A stretch of DNA of 64,000 nt, from positions 40,758 through 104,757 of IMG/VR virus record IMGVR_UViG_3300010354_000053; one strand, 5' to 3'. Below the pieces are notes generated by a model. It had not been told where the DNA came from, did not search any database, and saw only the letters and a list, made by a program, of their open reading frames with translations. The stretch is from a virus. How positions within the stretch are numbered: position 1 is the first letter of the stretch; each line of letters starts with the position of its first letter. The position numbers and the translations under genes were made by a program. Shown here one piece after another: positions 27,324 through 36,926 of this stretch.

Positions 27324-28991
27324 ATGAAACTAAAAGACCTAAAGTCTTCCCTCGAAGCTCCCCAATGGCTTACTGAAGAAGGATTCATTACTCTTTCTAA
27401 GGGATATTTACTACCAGAAGAAACGCCAAAGGGTATGTACAGGCGTGTTGCTAAGGCAGCTGCCTCTTATTTGCCGAATAATCAAAAAAAATGGGAAGAA
27501 GATTTCTTTAACGTTATTTGGAATAATTGGCTTTGCCTCGCCACTCCGGTTGCATCTAACTTTGGCGCTGAGCGCGGACTACCAATCAGTTGTTTTGGTA
27601 GTTATGTTGACGACAGTATTTATTCTATCTTCGATAAAAATCTTGAAGTTGCAGTTCTTAGTAAGCATGGTGGTGGCACTTCTAGTTTTCTTGGTGACGT
27701 GCGTGGGCGCGGTTCTTTGATTAATGGCGGTGGTTCTAGTAACGGAACCACTAGTTGGGTCGAAGTATTACGCACAACCGTTAACCAAGTATCACAAAAC
27801 GGCATTCGCCGTGGTCAACATGCTACATACATTCCAATCGATCATGATGATTTTGATGAATTTGTTGATGTAAGAAAACACTTAGATGGTATCCATCTTG
27901 GCGTAAGTATTACTGATGAATTTTTGCAAAAATGCGAAAACGGAGACCAAGAAGCGCTTCGTCGTTGGTTCAAACTATTAAAGGCAAGAATGGAAACTGG
28001 CGAGCCTTACATTCTTTTTATTGATCGTGTTAATAAACAAAACCCCCCTATGTACGCAAAAAATAATCTAAGCGTCAAAGCAAGCAATCTTTGCTCAGAA
28101 ATTGTTTTGCACTCCGATGCAGAACACTCTTTTGTTTGTTGTTTGTCTTCTATGAATCTAGCAAAATGGGATGAATGGAAAGATACCAATGCAGTGTTTG
28201 TGGCGACCGTATTTTTAGATTGTGTAATGGAAGAATTTATTCGAAAGGCTTCTAAAATTCGAGGAATCGAAGCGGCGGTGCGCTTTGCGCAAAAATCAAG
28301 AGCGCTTGGTTTGGGTGTATTGGGCTATCACACATATTTACAGCACAATATGATTTCGTTCGATAGCTTGCAGGCAAGAATATTCAACCACACTTGGGCT
28401 AAATATATCAAAACTGAAGCGCAAAAAGCTACTGAATGGATGGCGCAAGAACTTGGCGAACCAGAATGGTGTAAAGGGTTTGGAGTTCGCAACACACATT
28501 TGCTTGCAATTGCACCTACAACATCCAATGCAATTATTTCAGGAGGTGTTTCTCAAGGAATTGAGCCAATCGTGGCTAATGCGTATGTACAAAAAACCGC
28601 AAAAGGGACTTTCATTAGAAAAAACCCTACTCTGGTGCAATATCTAGATAAATTAAGTCTAAACACTGATGATATTTGGGAAAAAATTATCGATAATAAC
28701 GGTAGTATTTCAGATATCATTGGTATTAGCGAAGAAGCTAAAGAAGTATTTAAAACTGCTTATGAAATTAACCAAAAAGAAATTATTTTTCAGGCTAATC
28801 AAAGGCAGAAGTATATTTGCCAGGCACAGTCCTTAAATTTATTCTTTGATGCTAATGAAAGTCCTGAGTGGATTCATAAAATCCACAAAGAGGCTGCGTT
28901 AATGCCAAACATTAAATCTTTATATTACGTAAGATCGATGGCTGGTATTAAAGCTGAAAAAGCTGAGGCTTGCAAAAGCTGCGAGGGTTAG
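27324..28991 (+). CDS. nrdA: Ribonucleotide reductase class I alpha subunit
   Basis: ATPV..N.G..RGLPISC, SNLCSEI, VCCLSS, AIAPT, SLYY, C-terminal CKSCEG. Confidence 0.95.
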   Translation: MKLKDLKSSLEAPQWLTEEGFITLSKGYLLPEETPKGMYRRVAKAAASYLPNNQKKWEEDFFNVIWNNWLCLATPVASNFGAERGLPISCFGSYVDDSIYSIFDKNLEVAVLSKHGGGTSSFLGDVRGRGSLINGGGSSNGTTSWVEVLRTTVNQVSQNGIRRGQHATYIPIDHDDFDEFVDVRKHLDGIHLGVSITDEFLQKCENGDQEALRRWFKLLKARMETGEPYILFIDRVNKQNPPMYAKNNLSVKASNLCSEIVLHSDAEHSFVCCLSSMNLAKWDEWKDTNAVFVATVFLDCVMEEFIRKASKIRGIEAAVRFAQKSRALGLGVLGYHTYLQHNMISFDSLQARIFNHTWAKYIKTEAQKATEWMAQELGEPEWCKGFGVRNTHLLAIAPTTSNAIISGGVSQGIEPIVANAYVQKTAKGTFIRKNPTLVQYLDKLSLNTDDIWEKIIDNNGSISDIIGISEEAKEVFKTAYEINQKEIIFQANQRQKYICQAQSLNLFFDANESPEWIHKIHKEAALMPNIKSLYYVRSMAGIKAEKAEACKSCEG

Positions 28992-29033
28992 TCATAATAC
29001 CCTCGATTTGGCATTATTGTCGCGGAGGGTGTT

Positions 29034-29561
29034 ATGAATTTATTTGTTATTGGGAACCAAAAAGAAAGCGCTCAAGCTCTTGATGACCGTCGTTTGGTAA
29101 AAATGACAGTTGAAACTTTACAGTTGTTTGCATACGCTATGAACAACTTGGAAATTTCCGACTCGTTTTATCCAATTTCAAAAGAAACTGGCCTGCCATA
29201 TAAGTCAAAAAACTCCCACACTAAACATCCGGTAACCTTGTGGCTACAAAAATCTGTTGGAAACTTTGACTGGATGTTTATTTATCTGCAAGAAATGATG
29301 GCAGAATACGAGCATCGCTTTAATAAGCCGTCATTCGTTGACCCAATTAACTTAGAGCGCATCCAATCTGCTAGAGGCTTGTGGCCAGTCGGTCAACTCA
29401 CACCTTTTGCAAACTGTTCATTACACCAAGATATCGAAGATACTCTAGTTGCCTATAAGAAAACACTAGTGGACAAGTGGAAAAAAGGAGAACTTTCTAC
29501 TAAAACCATTCCACGGTGGACAAAGCGGGGGCGACCAAACTTTGAGCTCACATCATGCTGA
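29034..29561 (+). CDS. Pyrimidine-dimer DNA glycosylase (DenV/endonuclease V)-like protein
   Basis: MNLFV...AQALDDRRLVKMTVETLQL...H.KHPVTLW...EY..RF. Confidence 0.7.
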   Translation: MNLFVIGNQKESAQALDDRRLVKMTVETLQLFAYAMNNLEISDSFYPISKETGLPYKSKNSHTKHPVTLWLQKSVGNFDWMFIYLQEMMAEYEHRFNKPSFVDPINLERIQSARGLWPVGQLTPFANCSLHQDIEDTLVAYKKTLVDKWKKGELSTKTIPRWTKRGRPNFELTSC

Positions 29562-30642
29562 AACAGCAATTATAAACATCCTAGATAAATATGCGATTGA
29601 TTATAAAGCCAATCGCAGATCTTTGATTTTGAAGTTTTGTCCTAGCTGCGGCAAAAGTAAGTATTCTGTTTGGCTATTAAAACCTGAAGACGATGAAACT
29701 AAAGTATTTGGTCAATGCTGGGTTTGCGGTGCAAAGTTCTCACTACTTAAATATCTTGTTGATTGCGGTGCCGATAGTTATAAAAAAATTCGTTCAGAGT
29801 TATTTGGACGACAAATATCTAAACCAAATGCGGGCATGTTTGATCTTGATGAACCTATGCCGCATACACCGATTAATCAACCTCATGAAACTTTAAAACT
29901 GCAGCATTGTCCTATTCCTGGAACATTTCATAAAGTATATGATTGGCCAAGTAATCCTGTATCTGTTTACGCAAGACGGCGCGGTGTTGTTGGTGATTTA
30001 ACACATGAAGTATTTATTGATCCATTTGCAAGAGCTGTTGCATTTCCTATTTACTGTTTTGATACTTTAGTTGGTTTTCAAAAACGTTTCATTTCACCAG
30101 ACGCAAGAATAAAAGTTCATACTGACGCAAATCTGCCTAAAGCTCATGCATTTGTAAAATTTGGCGAAATACAAGATCCAATATGCGTAGTAGAGGGACC
30201 GTTCGATGCTATTTCAGCAGTATGGTTTGGGTATTATGGGATAGCTACAATGGGAGCGCAGATATCTGCATCTCAGGCAAGGCAAATTGCAATGATGGCC
30301 ATGGAACAGAATCCAGATAACCCAAAGGTATATATAGGTCTAGATCCTGATGAAGCCGGGGAAAATGGCTCTTGCAAACTCGCCAGGTTCTTAGATTTTT
30401 ATGGTGTGAAGTATGAACGCGTTGTTCCTAGAATTGAGACCGAGGATTTCAACTCTATGCTAGTCAAATATTCAGGATTAGATCTTGAAACACAAGATAA
30501 ATTGCTAAAAATTACAAATCTGGTAGAATCAAAATATTGGTGGACTCCAAATGTATTAAGAATAGATGATATTTTTGAACAACAAAAAGTGCAGAAAATG
30601 AACAAAATGCTAAAAGACTTAGGAGAACAGAACAAAAAATGA
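29542..30642 (+). CDS. DNA primase (zinc finger plus TOPRIM)
   Basis: CPSC...CWVC, VVEGPFDAIS, LDPDEAG, DFNSM. Confidence 0.87.
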   Translation: MSSHHAETAIINILDKYAIDYKANRRSLILKFCPSCGKSKYSVWLLKPEDDETKVFGQCWVCGAKFSLLKYLVDCGADSYKKIRSELFGRQISKPNAGMFDLDEPMPHTPINQPHETLKLQHCPIPGTFHKVYDWPSNPVSVYARRRGVVGDLTHEVFIDPFARAVAFPIYCFDTLVGFQKRFISPDARIKVHTDANLPKAHAFVKFGEIQDPICVVEGPFDAISAVWFGYYGIATMGAQISASQARQIAMMAMEQNPDNPKVYIGLDPDEAGENGSCKLARFLDFYGVKYERVVPRIETEDFNSMLVKYSGLDLETQDKLLKITNLVESKYWWTPNVLRIDDIFEQQKVQKMNKMLKDLGEQNKK

Positions 30643-30878
30643 ACCCACAACGTTTTATTTATCAAGTCCGTAAAAACGATACTGAACACTATATTGCAAG
30701 AATGGACTTAAATGCTAATTCTGAGCTACAAATGCGAAAAATTGGCGAATTAGAATGGTTTGTTGTGTCCCCTTGGGATGAACTATCAAATAAAACTAAG
30801 CCTATTAGCGACTGGCTTGGACAAAATGAAATAAAAAATTTTCTTTACAACAACGGGCTTTCAAACTCAATATTATGA
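30639..30878 (+). CDS. Hypothetical protein
   Basis: 79-aa ORF, ATGA overlap with primase. Confidence 0.5.
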   Translation: MNPQRFIYQVRKNDTEHYIARMDLNANSELQMRKIGELEWFVVSPWDELSNKTKPISDWLGQNEIKNFLYNNGLSNSIL

Positions 30879-31168
30879 ATTATTTGTATAAAGTTTATCA
30901 AAAATTAAATTTTAACAAAAACACAAACGCCTATGAGGTAGAGTCTTGGGAGGTACATAGATTAAATCCCGAGACACTTGAAATTTTTTATTTATCAGGT
31001 TTAACAAGTACAATAGGTCGTTTTGACCTTTGGCTCCCTGTGTATCCTTCCATGCTAATCAATCTAGCCGCTATGACGGAAGACTTTCTTTCAATAGAAG
31101 ATACTATTTATTTTTTAGAGAAAAATGAGCAAAAAAAGCTGTCCGCTAAGCTCATGAATCATATTTAA
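30875..31168 (+). CDS. Hypothetical protein
   Basis: 97-aa ORF in operon. Confidence 0.5.
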   Translation: MNYLYKVYQKLNFNKNTNAYEVESWEVHRLNPETLEIFYLSGLTSTIGRFDLWLPVYPSMLINLAAMTEDFLSIEDTIYFLEKNEQKKLSAKLMNHI

Positions 31169-31347
31169 AGCTTATCTATCAACAATAAATATTACTCATG
31201 AACCATTTGTTGTTAATGCAAAACAATCTCATTTTATAATATTGATATGAATAAAATCTAATTATATTAGATATTTAACTTTGAATGTCATTTTATTTAA
31301 AAAAACTGGACATTTAATTAAATTGTCACTTTTTTTGTTTATGAATC

Positions 31348-31359
31348 TGTGTGTATAAT
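31348..31359 (+). promoter_or_regulatory. -10 promoter candidate for the capsid gene (TGTGTGTATAAT)
   Basis: TATAAT at 31354-31359 in an AT-rich intergenic region; no clear -35. Confidence 0.55.
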
Positions 31360-31438
31360 TACTTTAACTCCATGAGTTTAAGCTTTTTGGTGTAGAATTG
31401 TATAAGAAATTTGTTTAACTCTTTAAGAGGTGTTATGT

Positions 31439-32944
31439 ATGTCAGGTTTTAGTCCACTTAATCAGCAAGAGCTTCAAATGATCGCTCAGAAGCTAGAAAG
31501 CCTCAACAAGTCTTTCGCTGCTGGCTTCCCTGGTCTCAACAACGCAGGAAGAACTGGTACTTCTGCAATTGCTATTGATAGCCTTGAGCCTACCGTGCGT
31601 TCATTGACTCTTGAGGACGAAGACTTCCTCTTGACCAAAAACGTTCAAACTCTCAAAGCTACACAAACTACATATAGCTATGTAGTTAAGACAGCAGTTC
31701 GTAGCGGTATCGACACATGGGGCGTCGAAACATTCCTTCCACAAGAAGATGTTTCACAATACATGCGCGTTGCTGAAGTCCTTCGCGTTCAAGGTATTCG
31801 TAAAACAATTACTCACCTTGCACAAACCGTTAACTCTGCTGGCGGCTATATGCTTGACCTCGAAGCAGAGAACGACAAGAACGCAGCTATGTCAATGGCT
31901 GAAGGTCTTGAGCGTGCAATGTACATCGGTGGCGACATGTATCTTGACCAAAACGGTGAGATCGACAGCACTCTTGCTGCTAATCCCAACGCTCCTATGC
32001 GTATGCCACGCGGTATCCAAGCTCAAATCCGTGAAGGTAACAAGTCTGCTCGCGGTATCATCGGCGACTTCGTTGGCTACGGTAACAACCGTGTAACTTT
32101 CGCTGATGCTAAGGGCCAAGTTCTTACTAGGGGCCAAGTTGACAAGCTTGTTTCTGCAGTTCGCGAAAACCGCGGTCGTATCGTAGAAGCTCACTGTACT
32201 GTTGACCAACTTGTTCACTTCCGTGCTACATTCTTCCCATTTGAGCGCGGTGATCTTGGCGCAGCTTACGCTATTCGTGGTGCAAACGTTGAAGCTGAAG
32301 CTAAGTCTGGTTTCCCACTTCAAACAGTTGTTGGTACAGTTGATTTCATTCCTTCTGTATTCAAATATACTCGCGCTTATCCAGAGCCTGTCATGAGTTC
32401 CAGCGGAACAATTGCAACTCCTGTTATCTCAGGAACTGCTCAAGTTGCTGGTAATACATCATTCAAGGCTGGCGATGTTGTTAAATATGTTGTTCAAGCT
32501 GTTAACATCCACGGCATTTCAATGCCTTCAGCTGAAGTTTCTGTAACTATTGCTGCTGATGGTAACAAAGTTCAGCTTACAATCGGTGCTGTTCCTGGCG
32601 CTGAAGAGTTCGCTCTATTCCGCACTGCGGTTGGCGGCGCTTCTGGTACATGGAAAGCTTGCGGTCGTGTAATCGCTGCTCGCGCTGGTGCAACTACTGC
32701 GGTTGATGCACAAGCTATCCTTCCTGGCCTTGACAGCGTTGTGTTCCTACCAAAAGCTCAGTTCCGTGCTAAGCTTGCGGTTCTTGGCGAAATGCTTTCA
32801 AAGATGAAACTCGGCCTTCGCGGTCTTGTTGAAGAAACTCTTTATGTAAGTTACCTCGCAGTTGTTCTTGAACATGTACGTCATCACGGCCTCCTTGATA
32901 ACGTCTACCATGAGCTCAATGACGAGACCTACGGAAGCGTCTGA
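31439..32944 (+). CDS. Major capsid protein (SPO1/phage K-type)
   Basis: LNKSFAAG...A...DSLEPTVRSLT.EDEDF resembles the phage K capsid N-terminus (VVKSFQTG...); Ig/FN3-like insertion near the C-terminus; strong codon bias; GAGGTG RBS. Confidence 0.85.
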   Translation: MSGFSPLNQQELQMIAQKLESLNKSFAAGFPGLNNAGRTGTSAIAIDSLEPTVRSLTLEDEDFLLTKNVQTLKATQTTYSYVVKTAVRSGIDTWGVETFLPQEDVSQYMRVAEVLRVQGIRKTITHLAQTVNSAGGYMLDLEAENDKNAAMSMAEGLERAMYIGGDMYLDQNGEIDSTLAANPNAPMRMPRGIQAQIREGNKSARGIIGDFVGYGNNRVTFADAKGQVLTRGQVDKLVSAVRENRGRIVEAHCTVDQLVHFRATFFPFERGDLGAAYAIRGANVEAEAKSGFPLQTVVGTVDFIPSVFKYTRAYPEPVMSSSGTIATPVISGTAQVAGNTSFKAGDVVKYVVQAVNIHGISMPSAEVSVTIAADGNKVQLTIGAVPGAEEFALFRTAVGGASGTWKACGRVIAARAGATTAVDAQAILPGLDSVVFLPKAQFRAKLAVLGEMLSKMKLGLRGLVEETLYVSYLAVVLEHVRHHGLLDNVYHELNDETYGSV

Positions 32945-32962
32945 TAAGACGCTAAAAAGAAG

Positions 32963-32991
32963 AAGGCTGGGTTTCCCCAGCCTTTTTTTTT
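32963..32991. terminator. Rho-independent terminator, probably bidirectional
   Basis: AAGGCTGGG-TTTC-CCCAGCCTT followed by T-run, A-rich on the other side; between convergent genes. Confidence 0.88.
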
Positions 32992-34048
32992 ATTTCCTAA
33001 AATGTGATCCGTTTTCTTTTACGCCATTTGCAGTAACTAAAACAAACTCAGCAATGCTATGGAATTGCTCTAAATTAGCCGCGCCGCAATAAGAAAATGC
33101 TGATCTAAGACCACCATTAATTTGTTGCAATATAGTTTGTGTTTCTGTAATTGAAGAAATTATATGAGAAGAGCCCTCTGGCGCTCTGTGACTAGCTTCT
33201 TTATTTTGGTCTTTATAAGAGCTGAGGCTTGCAGAACCTCTAAATTCATTAGGACGCTCACAAGCTGTTGAGCCGGCTAACATTCCGCCAATCATAACTG
33301 CTTTTGCACCAGCTGCTAATGCCTTAGCAATATCTCCGCTTGTTTTACAACCACCATCGGCAATTAATGGATATTTATCTGGAGAATTATTCATTATGGC
33401 TGACAGCTGAGGAAATCCGCATCCGGTCACAGTTCGAGTTTCGCAGACAGAACCTGGGCCGATTCCAATTTTGTAACCAATAATATTACTTGGTTTTCTG
33501 TGTAAAACTGATCCATTGTCTGTTACCGATTTTAAAAATGGAAAAATATCAATAAAATTACCAATTACATAATCAATGTGAGGATGATCTTCTGCAATAT
33601 CTGCAAGAAACTCTGCAACTTGCGATTGAGCGGCGTGTGCAACATCAATAACAAACGTTTTGACTCCTAATTTTTCTAGCTCATCGTGCCGCTCTCTACT
33701 TTTTTTATCAATACCGATAGATGCCCAAAAATTTATACCCTGTTTAAGTAAACTTTCGGCAATAATACAGTTTTCTTCGACACTCATAAATCGATGGAGA
33801 CAGCCGATTCCACCCGCTTGGTGCATTGCTATACACATATTATGGCCAGTAATTGTGTCCATGTTTGCAGAAATAACTGGGAGTGTAAGATTAGTATAAC
33901 GGCCAATCTTGGTTGATAAATCAACTTCTGACCTAGAAGTAATTGTCGAAAACTTTGGGACAATTAAAACATCATCAAACGTATATCCTATTTTTTGACT
34001 TAAAAATGCCATTTTGTCCTCGTTATGCACGCCATCAAAGTTCTCCAA
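32990..34048 (-). CDS. IMP dehydrogenase/GMP reductase family enzyme (no CBS domains)
   Basis: TFDDVLIVP, PVISANMDT, IDVAH, GIGPGSVCETR...G.PQLSAI, IADGG, AVMIGGMLAG. Confidence 0.9.
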   Translation of the reverse strand: MENFDGVHNEDKMAFLSQKIGYTFDDVLIVPKFSTITSRSEVDLSTKIGRYTNLTLPVISANMDTITGHNMCIAMHQAGGIGCLHRFMSVEENCIIAESLLKQGINFWASIGIDKKSRERHDELEKLGVKTFVIDVAHAAQSQVAEFLADIAEDHPHIDYVIGNFIDIFPFLKSVTDNGSVLHRKPSNIIGYKIGIGPGSVCETRTVTGCGFPQLSAIMNNSPDKYPLIADGGCKTSGDIAKALAAGAKAVMIGGMLAGSTACERPNEFRGSASLSSYKDQNKEASHRAPEGSSHIISSITETQTILQQINGGLRSAFSYCGAANLEQFHSIAEFVLVTANGVKENGSHFRK

Positions 34049-34379
34049 TCAAATAATCAACAATAAACTTATACTTTTTTCTTTTATCTTTAGATGAAGA
34101 CAATAATTTAATTAAATCATCGAGGCTATCAACAGTTTTTGTTCTATAGTAGCCGTTTGTTTCGGCTGCATGCATAACAACCCAGTTAGATATTTCCGCT
34201 TCGCTTAGAATGAAATCGTCCCAACGACATTTTTGTAAAAACTTATCGAAAGACAATGGTGCGTAATAGGTTTGTGTTGTGTGGAATTTTGGAATTACTT
34301 TCTTGTATATACGAATATCTCTGTCAAGAGATAACAATAAGTAATTATTTTCGTTATTTTTTGTTTGTTGTGTTTCCAT
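34035..34379 (-). CDS. Hypothetical protein
   Basis: 114-aa ORF. Confidence 0.5.
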   Translation of the reverse strand: METQQTKNNENNYLLLSLDRDIRIYKKVIPKFHTTQTYYAPLSFDKFLQKCRWDDFILSEAEISNWVVMHAAETNGYYRTKTVDSLDDLIKLLSSSKDKRKKYKFIVDYLIGEL

Positions 34380-34417
34380 AACAATGTTATATTTGCATTA
34401 AAAATGGTAGACAACGC

Positions 34418-34651
34418 ATGGAATTTCAGGGCAAAGAACATAAAAAAAGAGTTCGAACTGCATTGCGTAAGTATAATGAAGACGCACGAAAGCCTGTTTA
34501 TTGTATAGATATGATTACCGGAGAGATTGAATCATTTGAAAGTAAATATGACGCAGAAAAGGCGGGCTATAAACGGTATCGTATAGATCGGTGTTTAAAT
34601 GGGGAGCGACGTAGCTACAAGGGAAAAATGTGGTATGAGGGAACGCTCTAA
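34418..34651 (+). CDS. NUMOD1-like small DNA-binding domain protein
   Basis: KPVYCID..TGEI..FES..DA......I.RCLNG.R.SYKG.MW. Confidence 0.65.
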   Translation: MEFQGKEHKKRVRTALRKYNEDARKPVYCIDMITGEIESFESKYDAEKAGYKRYRIDRCLNGERRSYKGKMWYEGTL

Positions 34652-35500
34652 TCACTGTTTTTGTTTTCGTTTCTCTTGAATAATACTGTCTAGATGATGA
34701 ACATCTGGATTTTCTTGTAATATCTTTAAACCATATTTAATTCGATGTCCATAATCACTGTTTTCTTTATTTCCAGATCTTACTGCTTCCAAGCTACCAT
34801 TAAATAATTGTGCGGCTAATAACCATTTTTCTTCTTCAGTATTTGCCATGCCAACTACTCTCGGATCGTTATTCTTTTTCCAATTATTAATACGATTAAT
34901 ATTATCTTTTAAATGAAGAGCTGTGGCGTGAATTGCGCTTTTTGTGTCTTTATATGCGTCAACTTTATCGCGTTTTAAAAACGCATTTCTGGTAGATTCT
35001 CTAAATTGATAGGGAGTTAATGTATTAAATTTAGACCTATCATTCCAGTTAGACAGCTCTCCGGCAACTCGGATGGCCGTGATCATTCGGTGTGGAATAC
35101 CAAACTTTTTCTCAGCGGCTTCTTCTTCGGGAATATGCCGCGGATCTCGATAATTATGCAAAATCTGCCCTGGTTTAAGAGGGTGGTTTTCCATAATTTT
35201 TTTATCTTGAGGAGTCAATATTTTTAACGGTATGTTTTGTTCAAAGACAGAATAGGGGGAAGTCTCTGGAAATGCAAATTTTTGTTGTTGTGTTTCTGTT
35301 TTAGGCGCAATTTGTTCAGCTTTTGGAGCTGGGGTATTGGGCGCCTGTGGTCTGGGGGATTGATTGTTTAAAAGAGTAGACGCTCCAACCAGTCCAGCTT
35401 TTATTTTATCAGAAAAAGAACTTTTTTCTAACATTTCATTGATAGATTTTTTTAAATCTATCAATTCTTTTTCTATTTTTTGAAATTTATTTGCATCCAT
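34652..35500 (-). CDS. Lytic transglycosylase (SLT-like) virion protein
   Basis: GIPHRMITAIRVAGE, YQF..ST, AAQLFNG, DYG..I; N-terminal LKKS/LEKS motifs. Confidence 0.65.
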   Translation of the reverse strand: MDANKFQKIEKELIDLKKSINEMLEKSSFSDKIKAGLVGASTLLNNQSPRPQAPNTPAPKAEQIAPKTETQQQKFAFPETSPYSVFEQNIPLKILTPQDKKIMENHPLKPGQILHNYRDPRHIPEEEAAEKKFGIPHRMITAIRVAGELSNWNDRSKFNTLTPYQFRESTRNAFLKRDKVDAYKDTKSAIHATALHLKDNINRINNWKKNNDPRVVGMANTEEEKWLLAAQLFNGSLEAVRSGNKENSDYGHRIKYGLKILQENPDVHHLDSIIQEKRKQKQ

Positions 35501-35525
35501 AACATGAATTATACATGTTTTTTAT

Positions 35526-36869
35526 TCAAAAGAGCTTTTTATTTAAACTCGATTTAACGATTTCGCTTTCTGGTTTTTTAAGCCAGACCATATTTTTAAC
35601 ATCAATTGCTGCAACTCCTGGAAGTTGGAGCAAAGTTCGGAAATCTACTCCATATCCCCTATTCGCAGTGATGTTTTTAGCGTTATGATAACCGTTACCA
35701 TAATATCCTTTAGACAATGCTGATCTCAATTCTTCATTATCGGTATCAAGAATGAATAAATAGCTCGATTTATACCCATAAATCGCGTAAATTTCAGTGT
35801 TTTGATGTCCGGCCTGTCTAAATCCTCCTGCTTTGGACTGTCCACTGGACGATGCCCCTTTATGCATTTCGATGAATACATTAGGAGAATCTGTCACTTT
35901 GCCTTCTTCGTTATAGACCTTATCTTGGCAAACTGCATTAAAAATACCATCGCTTTTTATTTCTACACGACCACCATTTGGTAAACCAATGTCCATAGAA
36001 ACCCTGCGCTCGTTTCCTCTTGCAAATGCACCGTCAGCAAAAACTGGCAATAAAAGAGTTTCTAGTTTATTAGCCAATGCATATTTTTCTTTTTTCGATT
36101 CTGTTTTTTTAAGCTGTTCGGCAGTTTTATTAATTTCCACAACGTTTAGTTTCAGTTTTTCTGCAGTTATTTTAATAACTTCTGTCTGAGAAAATGCTGC
36201 GGGCTTTTTAGAAATAACTGTGGTCTTTTTAGGTTCTGTCTTTTCAGCTGTTAGCTTAGCCGCGGGCAGGAGTTTGGCGGAAGAAAATTCTTTTTGATTT
36301 CTTTGTAGAGCAAAGGAAAACGTTCTAAGCATCAAAATATTATCCTCATAGGCATTATGAGGAACGATCTCATTAATTCCGCTACGCTCGGCACATACTT
36401 GCATAGACGGAGTTCCGTATTTATCAGAAGGGGTCGAAAACATGACCGCAGGGTCAACTACCTGAAAGGGGCTTACGCATAAAGCTTCTTTGATTTCACG
36501 GGGTATAAAATGCCAATCAAAAGAGGGGTTGCGAATTAAAAACTTCCAATCTTTGGCAGTTTTTGTGTGATCTTTGATAAACGCAATACTATATTTAGTC
36601 CATTCATCTAACGATACGACTGGAAATTCTGCAGAACCGGAACGTATTTTTTTAAGCAGCTCAATGGTCTGCAGTTTTTCCGTTAGAAGAGTATCTAACT
36701 CCACTAGATACTTATCCTGCTTAACATAAGCAGAATAATGAGGCAATTCTGAAATTGCCGCCGTAGGTTTTGCAGAATCAAAAACAACCCAAGATGCATT
36801 AATTAGAGCCTCAGGTGATCTGTGGTTGAGTGACGTAGTTTCACAATCAAATGCTATGTAAATAGTCAT
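35526..36869 (-). CDS. DEDDh 3'-5' exonuclease fused to a C-terminal PD-(D/E)XK-like domain
   Basis: IAFDCETT, NPSFD, HNAYED; C-terminal MD......VEIKSD...NVFIE. Confidence 0.7.
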   Translation of the reverse strand: MTIYIAFDCETTSLNHRSPEALINASWVVFDSAKPTAAISELPHYSAYVKQDKYLVELDTLLTEKLQTIELLKKIRSGSAEFPVVSLDEWTKYSIAFIKDHTKTAKDWKFLIRNPSFDWHFIPREIKEALCVSPFQVVDPAVMFSTPSDKYGTPSMQVCAERSGINEIVPHNAYEDNILMLRTFSFALQRNQKEFSSAKLLPAAKLTAEKTEPKKTTVISKKPAAFSQTEVIKITAEKLKLNVVEINKTAEQLKKTESKKEKYALANKLETLLLPVFADGAFARGNERRVSMDIGLPNGGRVEIKSDGIFNAVCQDKVYNEEGKVTDSPNVFIEMHKGASSSGQSKAGGFRQAGHQNTEIYAIYGYKSSYLFILDTDNEELRSALSKGYYGNGYHNAKNITANRGYGVDFRTLLQLPGVAAIDVKNMVWLKKPESEIVKSSLNKKLF

Positions 36870-36926
36870 GTTTTATCCTCGATAAGTTTATTTACAATAA
36901 ACAGTTTTATATTAATTGAATATAAT

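Noticed and set aside
26313-28991. Possible introns or inteins in nrdA, nrdB, terL, helicase or recA (common insertion targets)
   Set aside because: All are uninterrupted ORFs of ordinary or compact length with no intein terminal motifs or LAGLIDADG blocks
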